64,000 nucleotides of DNA, taken from NCBI GenBank assembly GCA_041553775.1, contig JBFEIJ010000006.1, positions 4,037 to 68,036 of the forward strand. The letters are read 5' to 3'. Made by a program: the position numbers and the translations under genes. Positions 29,560-45,363 of this stretch are shown one piece after another. The notes under the pieces were generated by a model. That model did no database searches, was not told the DNA's origin, and saw only the letters and a list, made by a program, of their open reading frames with translations. How positions within the stretch are numbered: position 1 is the first letter of the stretch; each line of letters starts with the position of its first letter. This stretch comes from Planococcus sp. (in: firmicutes) (GTDB lineage Bacteria; Bacillota; Bacilli; Bacillales_A; Planococcaceae).

Positions 29560-29572
29560 AGACGGAAAAACC

Positions 29573-29716
29573 CTACCTTTTTTCAGCGGAACGGAATAGC
29601 TCCTTCATCTCACTTAGTTCCCGTTCCGCCTCGCTCAATCGCTGATGAAGCAACGCAGTCATCCTGATCAATTGCTCCATATGCACTTCCAATTGCAATT
29701 GCACGTCTTTCGGCAT
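29573..29716 (-). CDS. Small (47 aa) predicted coiled-coil protein downstream of ssbB, not in the ORF track
   Basis: MPKDVQLQLEVHMEQLIRMTALLHQRLSEAERELSEMKELFRSAEKR*; GGGAGG RBS 9 nt upstream. Confidence 0.65.
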   Translation of the reverse strand: MPKDVQLQLEVHMEQLIRMTALLHQRLSEAERELSEMKELFRSAEKR

Positions 29717-29739
29717 CGCTAAGTGCCTCCCTTTTTTGG

Positions 29740-30144
29740 TTATACGGTCATTTTGTCCGTTGTTGGCGGCGGAAAGTCAAAATCTGCTGCAGATTCTGGT
29801 TCCTTTTGAACGGCTTCTGACTTTTCTTTCTTTCTATCAAGAAAGCGGATCTGATCTCCTAGTATTTCTGTCACATAAACTCGTGTACCGTCTTCTTTAT
29901 CATAAAAACGGGATTGTAATCTGCCGCTTACTGCTACCAATGCGCCTTTTTTGCAGTATTTGGAGATATTTTGCGCTGGCCGTCCCCAAGAAGAACAAAG
30001 GACGAAATCCGTTTCCACATCTCCTTTCTGGTTTTTGTAATTCCGGGAAACCGCTACCACGAATGACGTATGTACACGCCCTTCCGCCAATTCTCGCAAC
30101 ACCGGATCTTTTGTAAGCCGTCCCACTATACCAACTTGGTTCAT
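29740..30144 (-). CDS. ssbB: Single-stranded DNA-binding protein (SsbB/YwpH-like second SSB)
   Basis: MNQV.IVGRLTKDP, ETDFV.C..WGR.A, GRLQSR OB-fold; short tail; ywp-region synteny. Confidence 0.85.
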   Translation of the reverse strand: MNQVGIVGRLTKDPVLRELAEGRVHTSFVVAVSRNYKNQKGDVETDFVLCSSWGRPAQNISKYCKKGALVAVSGRLQSRFYDKEDGTRVYVTEILGDQIRFLDRKKEKSEAVQKEPESAADFDFPPPTTDKMTV

Positions 30145-30427
30145 CTATTCACCTCCTTTGGAATACTCAAATCATAAAATAAAGTGTGAATATTTCGCAA
30201 AAGGGCAAAAATGAATTTTGATTATTATAAGGCTTTAATAATTTGTATTTCAATACTCCATAAAATAAGTTTTAGCCAATCGACACTTGAAAATACTCGT
30301 TAATTTCTATTTATGTATCGTTTCCAAAAATTAAATTTTGTATGTACTCAATGAAAATTCACGACTTGCTCCTGAAAAATAATGGCTATGATATACTGTA
30401 AAAAAAGCGATGTTTGGAGTGAGGTTT

Positions 30428-30865
30428 GTGAAAACATTTAAAATGCTGTCGCTCGGAGTTGTTGAAAATGATGTCGTGACGGATTATCCGCTCGAAGACG
30501 GAATCATCATCAACCAGGAAAATAGCCATCGATCATGGGTGCTGGAAATGCTGATGGATAAAACTTATTTAGAGACGTTCAAAAAAATGATGGATACTGG
30601 CAATATTTACGACGTGAAAGTCGTCATCTCTTATCCGGAAAACGAACCGGCCACTTTTGAAGTTGCGATTTACGATGTAAAAGTGATTGGTGAACAAATT
30701 TCCGTATTGCTAAAAGGTACGTTAAAGCGCGCACGCCGCAAGTACGCCGAGACGCTCTTATCCGAACTGCTTGAAGACGGCCTTGCAGGTGATGATTTAC
30801 TCGAACGATTCGAAGACGATATGCGCAAAAGGCCCGTGTTGCGAAAAGACGAAGCCAAATCATAA
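30428..30865 (+). CDS. YwpF-like protein
   Basis: MKTFK..SL....DGIIINQE...WVLE...ISYPENEPATF pattern; synteny with ssbB and fabZ. Confidence 0.8.
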   Translation: MKTFKMLSLGVVENDVVTDYPLEDGIIINQENSHRSWVLEMLMDKTYLETFKKMMDTGNIYDVKVVISYPENEPATFEVAIYDVKVIGEQISVLLKGTLKRARRKYAETLLSELLEDGLAGDDLLERFEDDMRKRPVLRKDEAKS

Positions 30866-30908
30866 AAAAAGCTGGAATCCGGGGATATTTTCCGGATTCC
30901 AGCTTTTT
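30866..30908. terminator. Bidirectional terminator
   Basis: AAAAAGCTGGAATCCGG...CCGGATTCCAGCTTTTT between convergent genes. Confidence 0.8.
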
Positions 30909-30914
30909 GCTTTT

Positions 30915-31355
30915 TTATTTTGTTTCGACAACCGGTCCTAATGCAAAAAGAATATCGCATTCGCAAACAAGTTCGCCATCGACTGTAGCGATGCCATGCC
31001 CTTTGCCCATCGATCCACGCAATTTAGTCAATTCAACCTCTAATTTCAATTGATCGCCAGGTACAACTTGGCGTTTGAAACGACAATTATCAATGCCGGT
31101 GAAAAAAGCCAAGCGTCCTTTATTCGCATCTAATTGAAGCACTGCTGTGGCGCCAACTTGCGCTAAAGCTTCTACAATCAATACACCAGGCATTACTGGG
31201 TACCCTGGAAAATGTCCGTTAAAAAATTCTTCGTTCGCTGTTACGTTTTTAAGACCTACGGCTTTTTTCCCCGCTTCGATTTCCAATATGCGGTCCACCA
31301 TCAAAAATGGATAGCGGTGCGGCAAAATTGCCTGAATTTGTTCAACTGTAAGCAT
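30915..31355 (-). CDS. fabZ: 3-hydroxyacyl-ACP dehydratase
   Basis: [34 protein letters not shown]. Confidence 0.97.
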   Translation of the reverse strand: MLTVEQIQAILPHRYPFLMVDRILEIEAGKKAVGLKNVTANEEFFNGHFPGYPVMPGVLIVEALAQVGATAVLQLDANKGRLAFFTGIDNCRFKRQVVPGDQLKLEVELTKLRGSMGKGHGIATVDGELVCECDILFALGPVVETK

Positions 31356-31409
31356 TATTCCAGCCCCTTTTTCACTTGTTTTTCAACCCATAGAAAACAT
31401 GAGCGGAAG

Positions 31410-31691
31410 TTATTTCTTCCCGCTCATGATGTCGATAATATGCTGCCATGTTTCCCATTTCAACGCGTCTTTTGCATTGCCATCGCCAATAACGCCATAC
31501 CCGATCATTGATCCGAGCGCTGCGGCAATGACAATCAACATCAAAACGATGATGATGCGCAGCCAAATCGGAAACATCCGAATTTGCACCCAACGCGTTT
31601 TTTTCGCATCAACGTTTTCCGCTGTTGCATTACGCTCCCGAGTTCTTCTGCGTTCTTTCGTAAGAGGAATTTTTCTATTTGTTTCAGCCAT
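31410..31691 (-). CDS. EpuA-family small membrane protein
   Basis: IRMFPIWLR...IGYGVIGDG...TWQHI motif. Confidence 0.8.
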   Translation of the reverse strand: MAETNRKIPLTKERRRTRERNATAENVDAKKTRWVQIRMFPIWLRIIIVLMLIVIAAALGSMIGYGVIGDGNAKDALKWETWQHIIDIMSGKK

Positions 31692-31851
31692 TTATTCAGT
31701 CAACCTTTCCATTGATGCGTTTGCCCAACAAACCTTGGATGTCTGTCGCCGAAACTTATTGTTTTCTATGCGCATCTGCATTAGTTGTCATTATACTAAA
31801 AATAAGCAGCTATGCCATATGCCATTCGTCATAAACCGGTTAGGTCAAGAC

Positions 31852-32847
31852 TTAACGGCGTTTAGCTAAGCGATCTATATTGTTCAACATAATACCGGTG
31901 CCTAAAGCTACACAGTCCATCGGCGTTTCTGCCACAGTCACTGGTACTTTTAATTCTTCAGCCAATAATTTTTCCATGCCGTGCAGCATCGCACCGCCGC
32001 CTGTTAAAATAACACCGCGGTCGATAATGTCCGCCGACAATTCCGGCGGCGTTTTTTCCAGCACATTTTTTGCTGCTGCTACGATCATTGCGATCGACTC
32101 TTTCAAAGCGCCTTCTATTTCGGAAGATTGGATCGTAATAACACGCGGTAAACCTGTGACCATATCACGACCGCGCACTTCCATTTCCTCTTTGCGGCTG
32201 CCCGCTAGAACCGAACCGATTTGAATCTTGATATTTTCCGCAGTACGCTCCCCGATCAATAATTTGTATTGACGTTTAATGTACTGAAGAATATCGTGAT
32301 CAAATACATCGCCAGCGATTTTAATTGATTCGCTTGTTACGATATCGCCCATCGACAGCACCGCAACATCCGTCGTACCCCCGCCAATATCAACGACCAT
32401 ATTGCCGCTTGGTTGATAAATGTCCATTCCAGCGCCAATTGCTGCAACTTTCGGTTCTTCTTCGAGGTAAACTTTTTTGCCGCCGGATTTCTCAGCTGCT
32501 TCTCGAATAGCTTTTTGTTCGACGCTCGTGATATTCGTCGGGCAGCAAATCAAAATTCTTGGTTTCGTCATGAACCCTTTTACTTTCAAGCGGTTCAGGA
32601 AATACTTCAGCATAATTTCAGTGACATCAAAATCTGCAATGACTCCGTCTTTTAATGGACGGACAGCAATGATGTTCCCAGGTGTACGCCCAATCATCTT
32701 GCGGGCGTCTTCGCCTACGGCAAGCACTTGGTTTGTTTTGCGGTCTAAAGCCACCACTGACGGCTCATTCAACACAATGCCTTTGCCTTTCACATGAATC
32801 AAAACATTAGCCGTCCCTAAATCTATTCCTATATCTTTCGAAAACAT
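31852..32847 (-). CDS. mbl: MreB-like rod-shape protein
   Basis: IGIDLGTAN, DIGGGTTDVAV, TGGGA; position upstream of fabZ. Confidence 0.93.
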   Translation of the reverse strand: MFSKDIGIDLGTANVLIHVKGKGIVLNEPSVVALDRKTNQVLAVGEDARKMIGRTPGNIIAVRPLKDGVIADFDVTEIMLKYFLNRLKVKGFMTKPRILICCPTNITSVEQKAIREAAEKSGGKKVYLEEEPKVAAIGAGMDIYQPSGNMVVDIGGGTTDVAVLSMGDIVTSESIKIAGDVFDHDILQYIKRQYKLLIGERTAENIKIQIGSVLAGSRKEEMEVRGRDMVTGLPRVITIQSSEIEGALKESIAMIVAAAKNVLEKTPPELSADIIDRGVILTGGGAMLHGMEKLLAEELKVPVTVAETPMDCVALGTGIMLNNIDRLAKRR

Positions 32848-33104
32848 TTAAACCGTTTCCCCTTCCACGTCTGTACAACAATTATTGAGCCACAAAAAGG
32901 CTCTCCTAAATGAACATTTTATCATAGTAATAGAGAAAAGAAAAAGAATTTTCAAGGAATATAGTCCTCTTCTAAAAATGAACAACTTTTTTTACTCGGC
33001 TATACATTTTCCAACTCGTTTTCATTAAATTCTAGTACAGGCATAGCATTACAAGGCATGCAAAAAGCCTGCCGACAAATGCCGACAGGCTTTGAATAAA
33101 TGAA

Positions 33105-34403
33105 TTAGGCCATTTGTTCTTCTTTTGCTTCTGTTTCCATCGTTGTTACACGTTCGATGTCAGCACCTAATGCAGCCAACTTTTTATGGAAATTTACGTA
33201 TCCACGATCCAAATGATACAGCTCGTTTACGCGGGTAATGCCTTCAGCCGCTAATCCTGCCAATATAAGCGCAGCTGCTGCTCTCAAGTCTGTTGCAGAT
33301 ACTTCAGCTCCTTGAAGCTTAGAAGGTCCTTCCATGATGACTGAACGCCCTTCGATTTTAACGGAAGCGTTCATGCGACGGAATTCTTCCACGTGCATAA
33401 AGCGGTTTTCAAAAACCGTTTCAGTTAGGATTCCGTTGCCTTGTGCTGTTAACATCAATGACATCATCTGTGATTGCATATCTGTTGGGAACCCTGGGTG
33501 AGGCATAGTCTTGATATCGATTGAACGAAGCGGACGCATTGAACGGATTCTTAGTCCCTCTTCTACTTCAGTAATTTCGACGCCCATTTCTCCCATTTTT
33601 GAAATCAACGCAGCCATATGTTCTGGTACGGCGTTTTCAATAATGACATCGCCTTCTGTAATCGCAGCAGCTACCATGAATGTGCCAGCTTCGACACGGT
33701 CAGGAATGATGTAATGTTCTGCCCCATTCAATTCTTCTACACCTTCGATGCGCAATGTATCTGTACCAGCACCGTATACTTTGCCGCCCATTTCGTTGAT
33801 GTAATTTGCCAAATCAACGATTTCCGGCTCTTTAGCCGCGTTTTCAATAATTGAAACGCCGTCAGCCAAAGCTGCTGCAGTCATGATGTTCTCTGTTGCA
33901 CCAACACTCGGGAAATCCAAATAGATTTTAGCTCCGCGAAGTCGGCCATCAACATTCGCTTCTACAAATCCATTACCGAAAGTGATTTTAGCGCCCATTG
34001 CTTCAAAACCTTTTAGGTGCAATTCAATCGGACGTGATCCGATTGCACAGCCGCCTGGAAGAGCAACTCGAGCAAATCCATTACGCGCAAGCAACGGTCC
34101 CATAACTAAAATTGAAGCACGCATTTTGCGAACGTATTCGAATTGGGCTTCACTTGATAACGTGTTTGAAGCGTCAATCACCATTTCGTTTTTTTCTGGG
34201 AAGTATTCAACTGATGCGTTCAAGCTTCTTAATACCTCTTGAATTGTATATACATCAGCTAAGTTAGGAACTTCCTTAATTACGCTTTTGCCGTTAGAAG
34301 CAAGCAATGACCCTGCCAACACTGGCAACACTGCATTTTTCGCCCCTTCGACACGTACCTTTCCTTTTAATTGTTGACCGCCTTTTACAATAATCTGATC
34401 CAC
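33105..34403 (-). CDS. murA: UDP-N-acetylglucosamine 1-carboxyvinyltransferase 1
   Basis: [26 protein letters not shown]; GTG start with GGAGGG RBS. Confidence 0.97.
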   Translation of the reverse strand: MDQIIVKGGQQLKGKVRVEGAKNAVLPVLAGSLLASNGKSVIKEVPNLADVYTIQEVLRSLNASVEYFPEKNEMVIDASNTLSSEAQFEYVRKMRASILVMGPLLARNGFARVALPGGCAIGSRPIELHLKGFEAMGAKITFGNGFVEANVDGRLRGAKIYLDFPSVGATENIMTAAALADGVSIIENAAKEPEIVDLANYINEMGGKVYGAGTDTLRIEGVEELNGAEHYIIPDRVEAGTFMVAAAITEGDVIIENAVPEHMAALISKMGEMGVEITEVEEGLRIRSMRPLRSIDIKTMPHPGFPTDMQSQMMSLMLTAQGNGILTETVFENRFMHVEEFRRMNASVKIEGRSVIMEGPSKLQGAEVSATDLRAAAALILAGLAAEGITRVNELYHLDRGYVNFHKKLAALGADIERVTTMETEAKEEQMA

Positions 34404-34743
34404 TGAAATGCCCTCCATTTATAATATAATTTATCTATATATGATTTACGTAAATTAATAGTCCTATGTCATAAATTAGAAACAAAACCTTTCTTATAAT
34501 ACCTGTATTTTACTAAAATAACAAGTATCCATGAAAAATAAATAATAAGAATTGTGTTTTATTCCTATAATTTTCGCAGGACTGACATACTTTACAGCCT
34601 ATAACGATTGTTACACTTTCGTTACAGTTATATTCTTCCCTGTCAGACTGCAAATAAACCTAAATCCCTATAATATTTCCCGGGAAATAAAAAGTTTGCT
34701 TTGCTGCCGTGGGAACAATTGTTCACCTGGCAGCAAAACAAAC

Positions 34744-34977
34744 TTAGAATAAGTAGGGCAATTGCCTAGACCACATGGATATATTTAAAAAGAATGTAGA
34801 TACAGCTAACCCTATCGAAATGCTTAAAAAGATATACAGAATTTGCGCTTGCAAAACATGCTCTTTGCGAATCCACTTTTCAAACATCACTGCACGCATA
34901 GCGAAGAATGCTACACCGGTAAAAAAGATATGACTGAATATCGAAATTAAAGCTTGCTGTCCAATCATGGTCTCCAC
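34744..34977 (-). CDS. DUF1146/YwzB family membrane protein
   Basis: Two hydrophobic helices, QAQIL.I..SI.IG..VS.FF; conserved position between atpC and murA. Confidence 0.8.
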   Translation of the reverse strand: METMIGQQALISIFSHIFFTGVAFFAMRAVMFEKWIRKEHVLQAQILYIFLSISIGLAVSTFFLNISMWSRQLPYLF

Positions 34978-35061
34978 TCTATTCACTCCATTCCTTGCCT
35001 TCAGGATTATAATAAAAAAACGGACAAAAGTCAAAAACCCTTTTGTCCGCTCTTTGTTTTA

Positions 35062-35251
35062 TTGTCTAGCTGCAGCGCCCAGATTCTAGGGACATAAGTC
35101 ATCCCAGCTGTGTGGCAAAACCCGCCACTTCGCTGGTCTGCCTAAAACCAATTGCTCCTGCAGCACTTCGTGCTTCGTCGCAAAGTTATGGACCAAATTT
35201 CATTTGGCCATAACTTGCCCGTCGAATCTAAACGGGCGCTTCCGCTTTTCT
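35062..35251 (-). repeat. ~120-bp hairpin repeat (Bacillaceae-1-like) with nested insertion
   Basis: Ends AAAAGCGGAAGCGCC...GCTAGACAA on the minus strand, starting right after the atpC stop; interrupted at about 35143-35219. Confidence 0.8.
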
Positions 35252-37147
<1,896 letters not shown>

Positions 37148-37200
37148 TCATCTCCTGCTTTAAAAGCAAGAGATTGGCTGATCTTTTTTTGTGTATTTCG

Positions 37201-37319
37201 TGTCTAGCTCCAACGGCCAAGTTCTCGGGTCGTAAGCCGGCCTGGCTGTGCGGCTGAAACCATGCCGCTTCGCCATTCCGTCTTACGCCTTTCGAACCTG
37301 AACAGCCGTTTCCGCATTT

Positions 37320-37320
<1 letters not shown>
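37201..37320 (-). repeat. ~120-bp hairpin repeat (Bacillaceae-1-like) between atpG and atpD
   Basis: Same conserved ends; closely matches the reverse complement of 42975-43094. Confidence 0.85.
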
Positions 37321-38189
<869 letters not shown>

Positions 38190-38225
38190 TTATTATTTTT
38201 TGTTCGTATTCAGACTGAACGGAAA

Positions 38226-39749
<1,524 letters not shown>

Positions 39750-39762
39750 TTAATTTCTTAGA

Positions 39763-40293
39763 TTAACCGATCAATTGACGCTGCAAGCGTTCAAGTTTCG
39801 CGCTTACTGAGCTGTCGAAGATGCGGTTTCCGATTTGAAGACGCAGTCCGCCTAATAGGGACGGATCAATGATGTTTTCAATTCGTAATGATTGTTTGCC
39901 GATTTTTTTCGCAAATGCCGATGAAATCGATTCGCGCTGCTCGTCAGTCAACGGACTAACCGAGTAGACTTTCGCATCTTCGATTCCACGGTCTGCGTTA
40001 TCCAAACGGATGTATTCGTCGACAATTGGTGAAATTTCGTTTAACCGTTTACGGTCAGAAAGCAATTGCAATGTGTTTAAAACATATGCATTCGCTTGTC
40101 CGAAAAGCTTCGAAATTACGGCTTTCTTTTCAGATGCTTCCAGTCTCGGAGAACTTAAAAGTTCCTGTAGTTCCGGGTTAGCAGCGAATGCTTTTTGCAC
40201 TTCGCGCAAATCCTGTTCTACTTCCACTGAAGCGCCGTGTTTCTTCGCAATGTCGAACAATGCTAATGCGTAGCGTTCTGAAGCTTGACTCAT
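39763..40293 (-). CDS. atpH: ATP synthase delta subunit
   Basis: RYA.ALF, IDPSLLGG, D.SV. Confidence 0.96.
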   Translation of the reverse strand: MSQASERYALALFDIAKKHGASVEVEQDLREVQKAFAANPELQELLSSPRLEASEKKAVISKLFGQANAYVLNTLQLLSDRKRLNEISPIVDEYIRLDNADRGIEDAKVYSVSPLTDEQRESISSAFAKKIGKQSLRIENIIDPSLLGGLRLQIGNRIFDSSVSAKLERLQRQLIG

Positions 40294-40820
40294 TGCACTT
40301 CGCCTGCCTTCGCAATCGTTTCGTTAATCAATTGGCGGTTGTCTTCTTCAGAAATTTCTTTGTTAAGAACTTTAGATGCTGCAAGCAACGACAATGCGAC
40401 AACTTCTTCGCGCACTGCTGCCATTGCTTTTTCTTTTTCGTTAGCAATTTCTTGCACAGCAGACTCTTTCATACGGCTAGATTCAGCACGCGCAGTCGCG
40501 ATCAATTCCTGACGCGAAACTTCGCCTTGCTTTTTAGCGTTTTCTACGATTTCTTTTGCTTGAACATTCGCTTCTTTTAACAAGTTGCGTTGTTCTTCAA
40601 GCATTTTCGCAGATTCAAGGCGGCTATTTTCAGCCGATTCGATTTCGCTAGCGATTAAATCTTCTCGCTGTTGCATGATGCCCATCAAAGGACCCCAAGC
40701 GAATTTTTTAAGCAAGAACAGCAATACTAGAAAGACGACAAGTGTTGCTACGATGTCTCCACCGTTCAAGAATTCTGCCTCTCCTTCAGTTGCAGCAAGT
40801 ACAAAATGATCAAAAAACAC
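40290..40820 (-). CDS. atpF: ATP synthase b subunit
   Basis: TM helix followed by KKFAWGPL and a coiled coil. Confidence 0.96.
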   Translation of the reverse strand: MFFDHFVLAATEGEAEFLNGGDIVATLVVFLVLLFLLKKFAWGPLMGIMQQREDLIASEIESAENSRLESAKMLEEQRNLLKEANVQAKEIVENAKKQGEVSRQELIATARAESSRMKESAVQEIANEKEKAMAAVREEVVALSLLAASKVLNKEISEEDNRQLINETIAKAGEVQ

Positions 40821-41015
40821 GATTGTTTCACTCCCTTCAAGAGCCTAAAATCCGGATTCTTCTATTTAGTAAAATCTATTAATTTCAAAGATGTTGTTTC
40901 CAAGATCAAATGGGTCATACAAACATAAATGGCGAAAAACATGCCGAAGCATTCCCGCCATTTTGCTTGTTATTGTTTAGTGGACAACTGCCATAAATGG
41001 CGCTTTCGCTTTTCG

Positions 41016-41135
41016 TTGTCCAGACTTCAACGGCCAACTCCTCGGACTTAAGCTGCCCTTCCTGTGCGGCAGAAAACGCCGCTTCGGAAGTTCACCTTAA
41101 GTCTGCCGGAGCTGAACGGCCGTTTCCGCTTTTCT
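41016..41135 (-). repeat. ~120-bp hairpin repeat (Bacillaceae-1-like) between atpE and atpF
   Basis: AGAAAAGCGGAAACGGCCG...CTGGACAA on the minus strand; a partial copy lies adjacent at about 40995-41015. Confidence 0.8.
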
Positions 41136-41140
41136 AGATA

Positions 41141-41380
<240 letters not shown>

Positions 41381-41427
41381 TCAGGATAGTTGTTTTTTTG
41401 TTTTGCTCTGTTAAGAGCGTTTTATAC

Positions 41428-42162
<735 letters not shown>

Positions 42163-42166
42163 TTAC

Positions 42167-42538
42167 TTAATGGTGTTTCACATGATAGACAATCCGTTCT
42201 GTCAATAACAGAACATAAGGGATCATCAATCCAATTACCGTACTGACCAAGTGAATATGCTCTGCGAAAAGAATAGCTATCGCAACAGCGGCAACACCTG
42301 ATGCAAACCGTAATGCCGTTCCAAGCGAACGAACCTTCGAGCCTTCTGCCACCGCCCGGTCGAATTTGTCCATCCGGCGAACCAAAATCCACATATTATA
42401 AATGCCGAACAAGGATCCTATGGTCAGGCCTGCAAAAATCGCTTGGTACGGGGTCAATCCCCAGCCTAAGACGAAAGCTGCCAGAATGAAATACATCATC
42501 TTTTTAAGCCGTTCATAAATTTCCCTAAGTCCATCCAT
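42167..42538 (-). CDS. atpI: ATP synthase protein I
   Basis: Four hydrophobic segments; position upstream of atpB. Confidence 0.88.
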   Translation of the reverse strand: MDGLREIYERLKKMMYFILAAFVLGWGLTPYQAIFAGLTIGSLFGIYNMWILVRRMDKFDRAVAEGSKVRSLGTALRFASGVAAVAIAILFAEHIHLVSTVIGLMIPYVLLLTERIVYHVKHH

Positions 42539-42541
42539 TTT

Positions 42542-42763
42542 TTACTGGTCTCCTGATTCGAATTTTCGGACGGTCTGAAGCATTCCCCATACTCCGAGCG
42601 CTAAGCCCGCAAGCAAAAGCATGATCAGAAATAGCGGGGCGGTTCCGAATTGTTCATCGAGCCACATACCTGTGAACAGACCGATGAGCACGGACCCGAC
42701 AAGTTGTGAGAGGATGGCGCTATAAAGTGCCATCGCTTGTAAGGGACTTTTTGTTGGGCGCAT
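42542..42763 (-). CDS. AtpZ/AtpI-family small membrane protein
   Basis: G.WLD..FGT.P motif, two TM segments, first gene of the atp operon. Confidence 0.82.
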   Translation of the reverse strand: MRPTKSPLQAMALYSAILSQLVGSVLIGLFTGMWLDEQFGTAPLFLIMLLLAGLALGVWGMLQTVRKFESGDQ

Positions 42764-42974
42764 GATAAACCCCTCGAATTTCGTTTTGATTTGACATTAA
42801 TCCCTTAAAAAAGAGCAGTCGCATCAGGCTTCCAGAACAACATCTTTATGTATGAAAACCTTCTCATGCATACCCTTTGTAAGCATACAATAGGGGTAAA
42901 TTCATGTCAATTAGATGTAGTGAAAAACATCACAAGCGATTTACCCCCGACATATTGTCGACAAATTTAAAAAC

Positions 42975-43365
42975 GAAAAGCGGAAACGGCCGTTTAGGTT
43001 CGAACGGCGTAAGACGGACCGGCGAAGCGGCGTGTTTTCAGCCGCACAGCCGGGCTGGCTTACGACCCGAGAACCTGGCCGTTGCAGCTAGACACCACGA
43101 AATGCGGAAGTGCCCGTCTAGCCCCGACAAGCGCTGGAAGTCTGGCCTGTAATGGCGCTCTTTGCCATTGCTGGACTGACTGAAGCGACTCGAGGGGCTG
43201 GGCACTGGAGCTAGACAATACGAAAAGCGGAGGCGCCTATCTAGCCCCGACCGGCTTAAGGCGAATCGGTGAAGCGGCGCTCTTTGCCGCACAGCCGAGA
43301 CGACTTAAGACCCGAGGGGCTAGGCGCAGAAGCTAGACATCACGAAAAGCGGAAGTGCCCGTTTA
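42975..43365 (+). repeat. Tandem array of three full and one partial ~122-bp hairpin repeats (Bacillaceae-1-like)
   Basis: Units start at 42975, 43099, 43222 and 43344 (GAAA(A/T)GCGGA) and end in GCTAGACA at 43094, 43217 and 43339. Confidence 0.88.
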
Positions 43366-43401
43366 ACCACAGCAAACGGAATCCCCCGCTCCTCACCTCA
43401 C

Positions 43402-44523
43402 TTATTTAATATAAGAAAAATACTCATGCAAGCCTTCAACGATTCGACGAGAAGCAAAACCATCCCCATAAGGATTCGATGCTTGCGACATGCGTTTATA
43501 CGCTTCTTCGTCCGTCAGCAATTCTTTTGCCAAACGGTAAATGTCTTCTTCATCGGTGCCAGCAAGTTTCAATGTTCCCGCATCAACGCCTTCTGGACGC
43601 TCTGTAGTATCGCGCAAAACAAGAACAGGTTTTCCAAGCGATGGAGCCTCTTCTTGAACGCCGCCTGAATCCGTCAAAATGAAGAACGAACGCGCCGCAA
43701 AGTTATGGAAGTCCAATACTTCAAGCGGCGGGATCAAGTGAATCCGTGGATCTTCGCCAAGCACTTCTTCCGCAACTTCACGGACTGCCGGATTTAAATG
43801 CACAGGATATACGACTTGTACATCATCATGCTCGGTAACAAGACGTTTGATGGCACGGAACATATTGCGCATCGGCTGCCCCAAATTCTCTCTTCGGTGT
43901 GCCGTCAGCAAAATCATGCGATCGTCGCCAATCTTCTCTAAGATCGGGTGGCTGTATTCATCTTTTACAGTTGTCTTCAACGCATCAATCGCCGTGTTGC
44001 CTGTAACATAAATCGAGGCCTCTTTTTTATTTTCCGAACGCAGATTTTGTGCAGACTTTTCAGTCGGTGCAAAATGGATGTCCGCCAAAACGCCCGTCAG
44101 CTGACGGTTCATTTCTTCCGGGTAAGGCGAATATTTATTGAATGTACGTAGACCCGCTTCAACGTGGCCGACAGCAATCTGGTTATAGAAAGCGGCAAGT
44201 CCTGCAACAAAAGTCGTTGTCGTATCGCCATGAACGAGCACGATATCCGGCTTTGCTTCTTTCATGATGTTGTCCAAGCCTTCAAGCGCACGTACGGTTA
44301 CACCGCTAAGCGTCTGACGGTCTTTCATGATGTTCAAGTCGAAATCCGGTTTGATTTTGAACGTCTCAAGGACTTGATCAAGCATTTCTCGGTGCTGCGC
44401 AGTGACTGCTACTAAGGGCTCGATGGTGTCTGGGTGTTTTTTGAGCTCCAAAACCAAAGGGGCCATCTTAATTGCTTCCGGTCGTGTACCGAAAATTGTC
44501 ATTACTTTCCACTTATTCGTCAA
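43402..44523 (-). CDS. mnaA: UDP-N-acetylglucosamine 2-epimerase (non-hydrolysing)
   Basis: FGTRPEAIKMAP, HGDT, HVEAGLR, DSGGVQEEAP, PYGDG. Confidence 0.95.
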   Translation of the reverse strand: MTNKWKVMTIFGTRPEAIKMAPLVLELKKHPDTIEPLVAVTAQHREMLDQVLETFKIKPDFDLNIMKDRQTLSGVTVRALEGLDNIMKEAKPDIVLVHGDTTTTFVAGLAAFYNQIAVGHVEAGLRTFNKYSPYPEEMNRQLTGVLADIHFAPTEKSAQNLRSENKKEASIYVTGNTAIDALKTTVKDEYSHPILEKIGDDRMILLTAHRRENLGQPMRNMFRAIKRLVTEHDDVQVVYPVHLNPAVREVAEEVLGEDPRIHLIPPLEVLDFHNFAARSFFILTDSGGVQEEAPSLGKPVLVLRDTTERPEGVDAGTLKLAGTDEEDIYRLAKELLTDEEAYKRMSQASNPYGDGFASRRIVEGLHEYFSYIK

Positions 44524-44538
44524 GTTAATACCTCGCTT

Positions 44539-45264
<726 letters not shown>

Positions 45265-45363
45265 CTAATGTAGACGTTCATCGTTTATACCAAAAAGGAT
45301 TTAAAGTGAAGTTCAAATACAAGCGTTACAAAACGCAAAAAACCGGGGCGCGCTGCCTCCGGT

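Noticed and set aside
31410-31691. RNA polymerase beta subunit (label often attached to this family)
   Set aside because: It is a 93-aa membrane protein of the EpuA family, unrelated to RpoB.
42904-43292. ORFs 42904-43152 and 43038-43292
   Set aside because: Translations of GC-rich repeat DNA with no protein-like features.
42975-43365. CRISPR array
   Set aside because: Units have conserved ends, but the interiors are long mutually related hairpins rather than unique spacers, dispersed single copies exist, and there are no cas genes.
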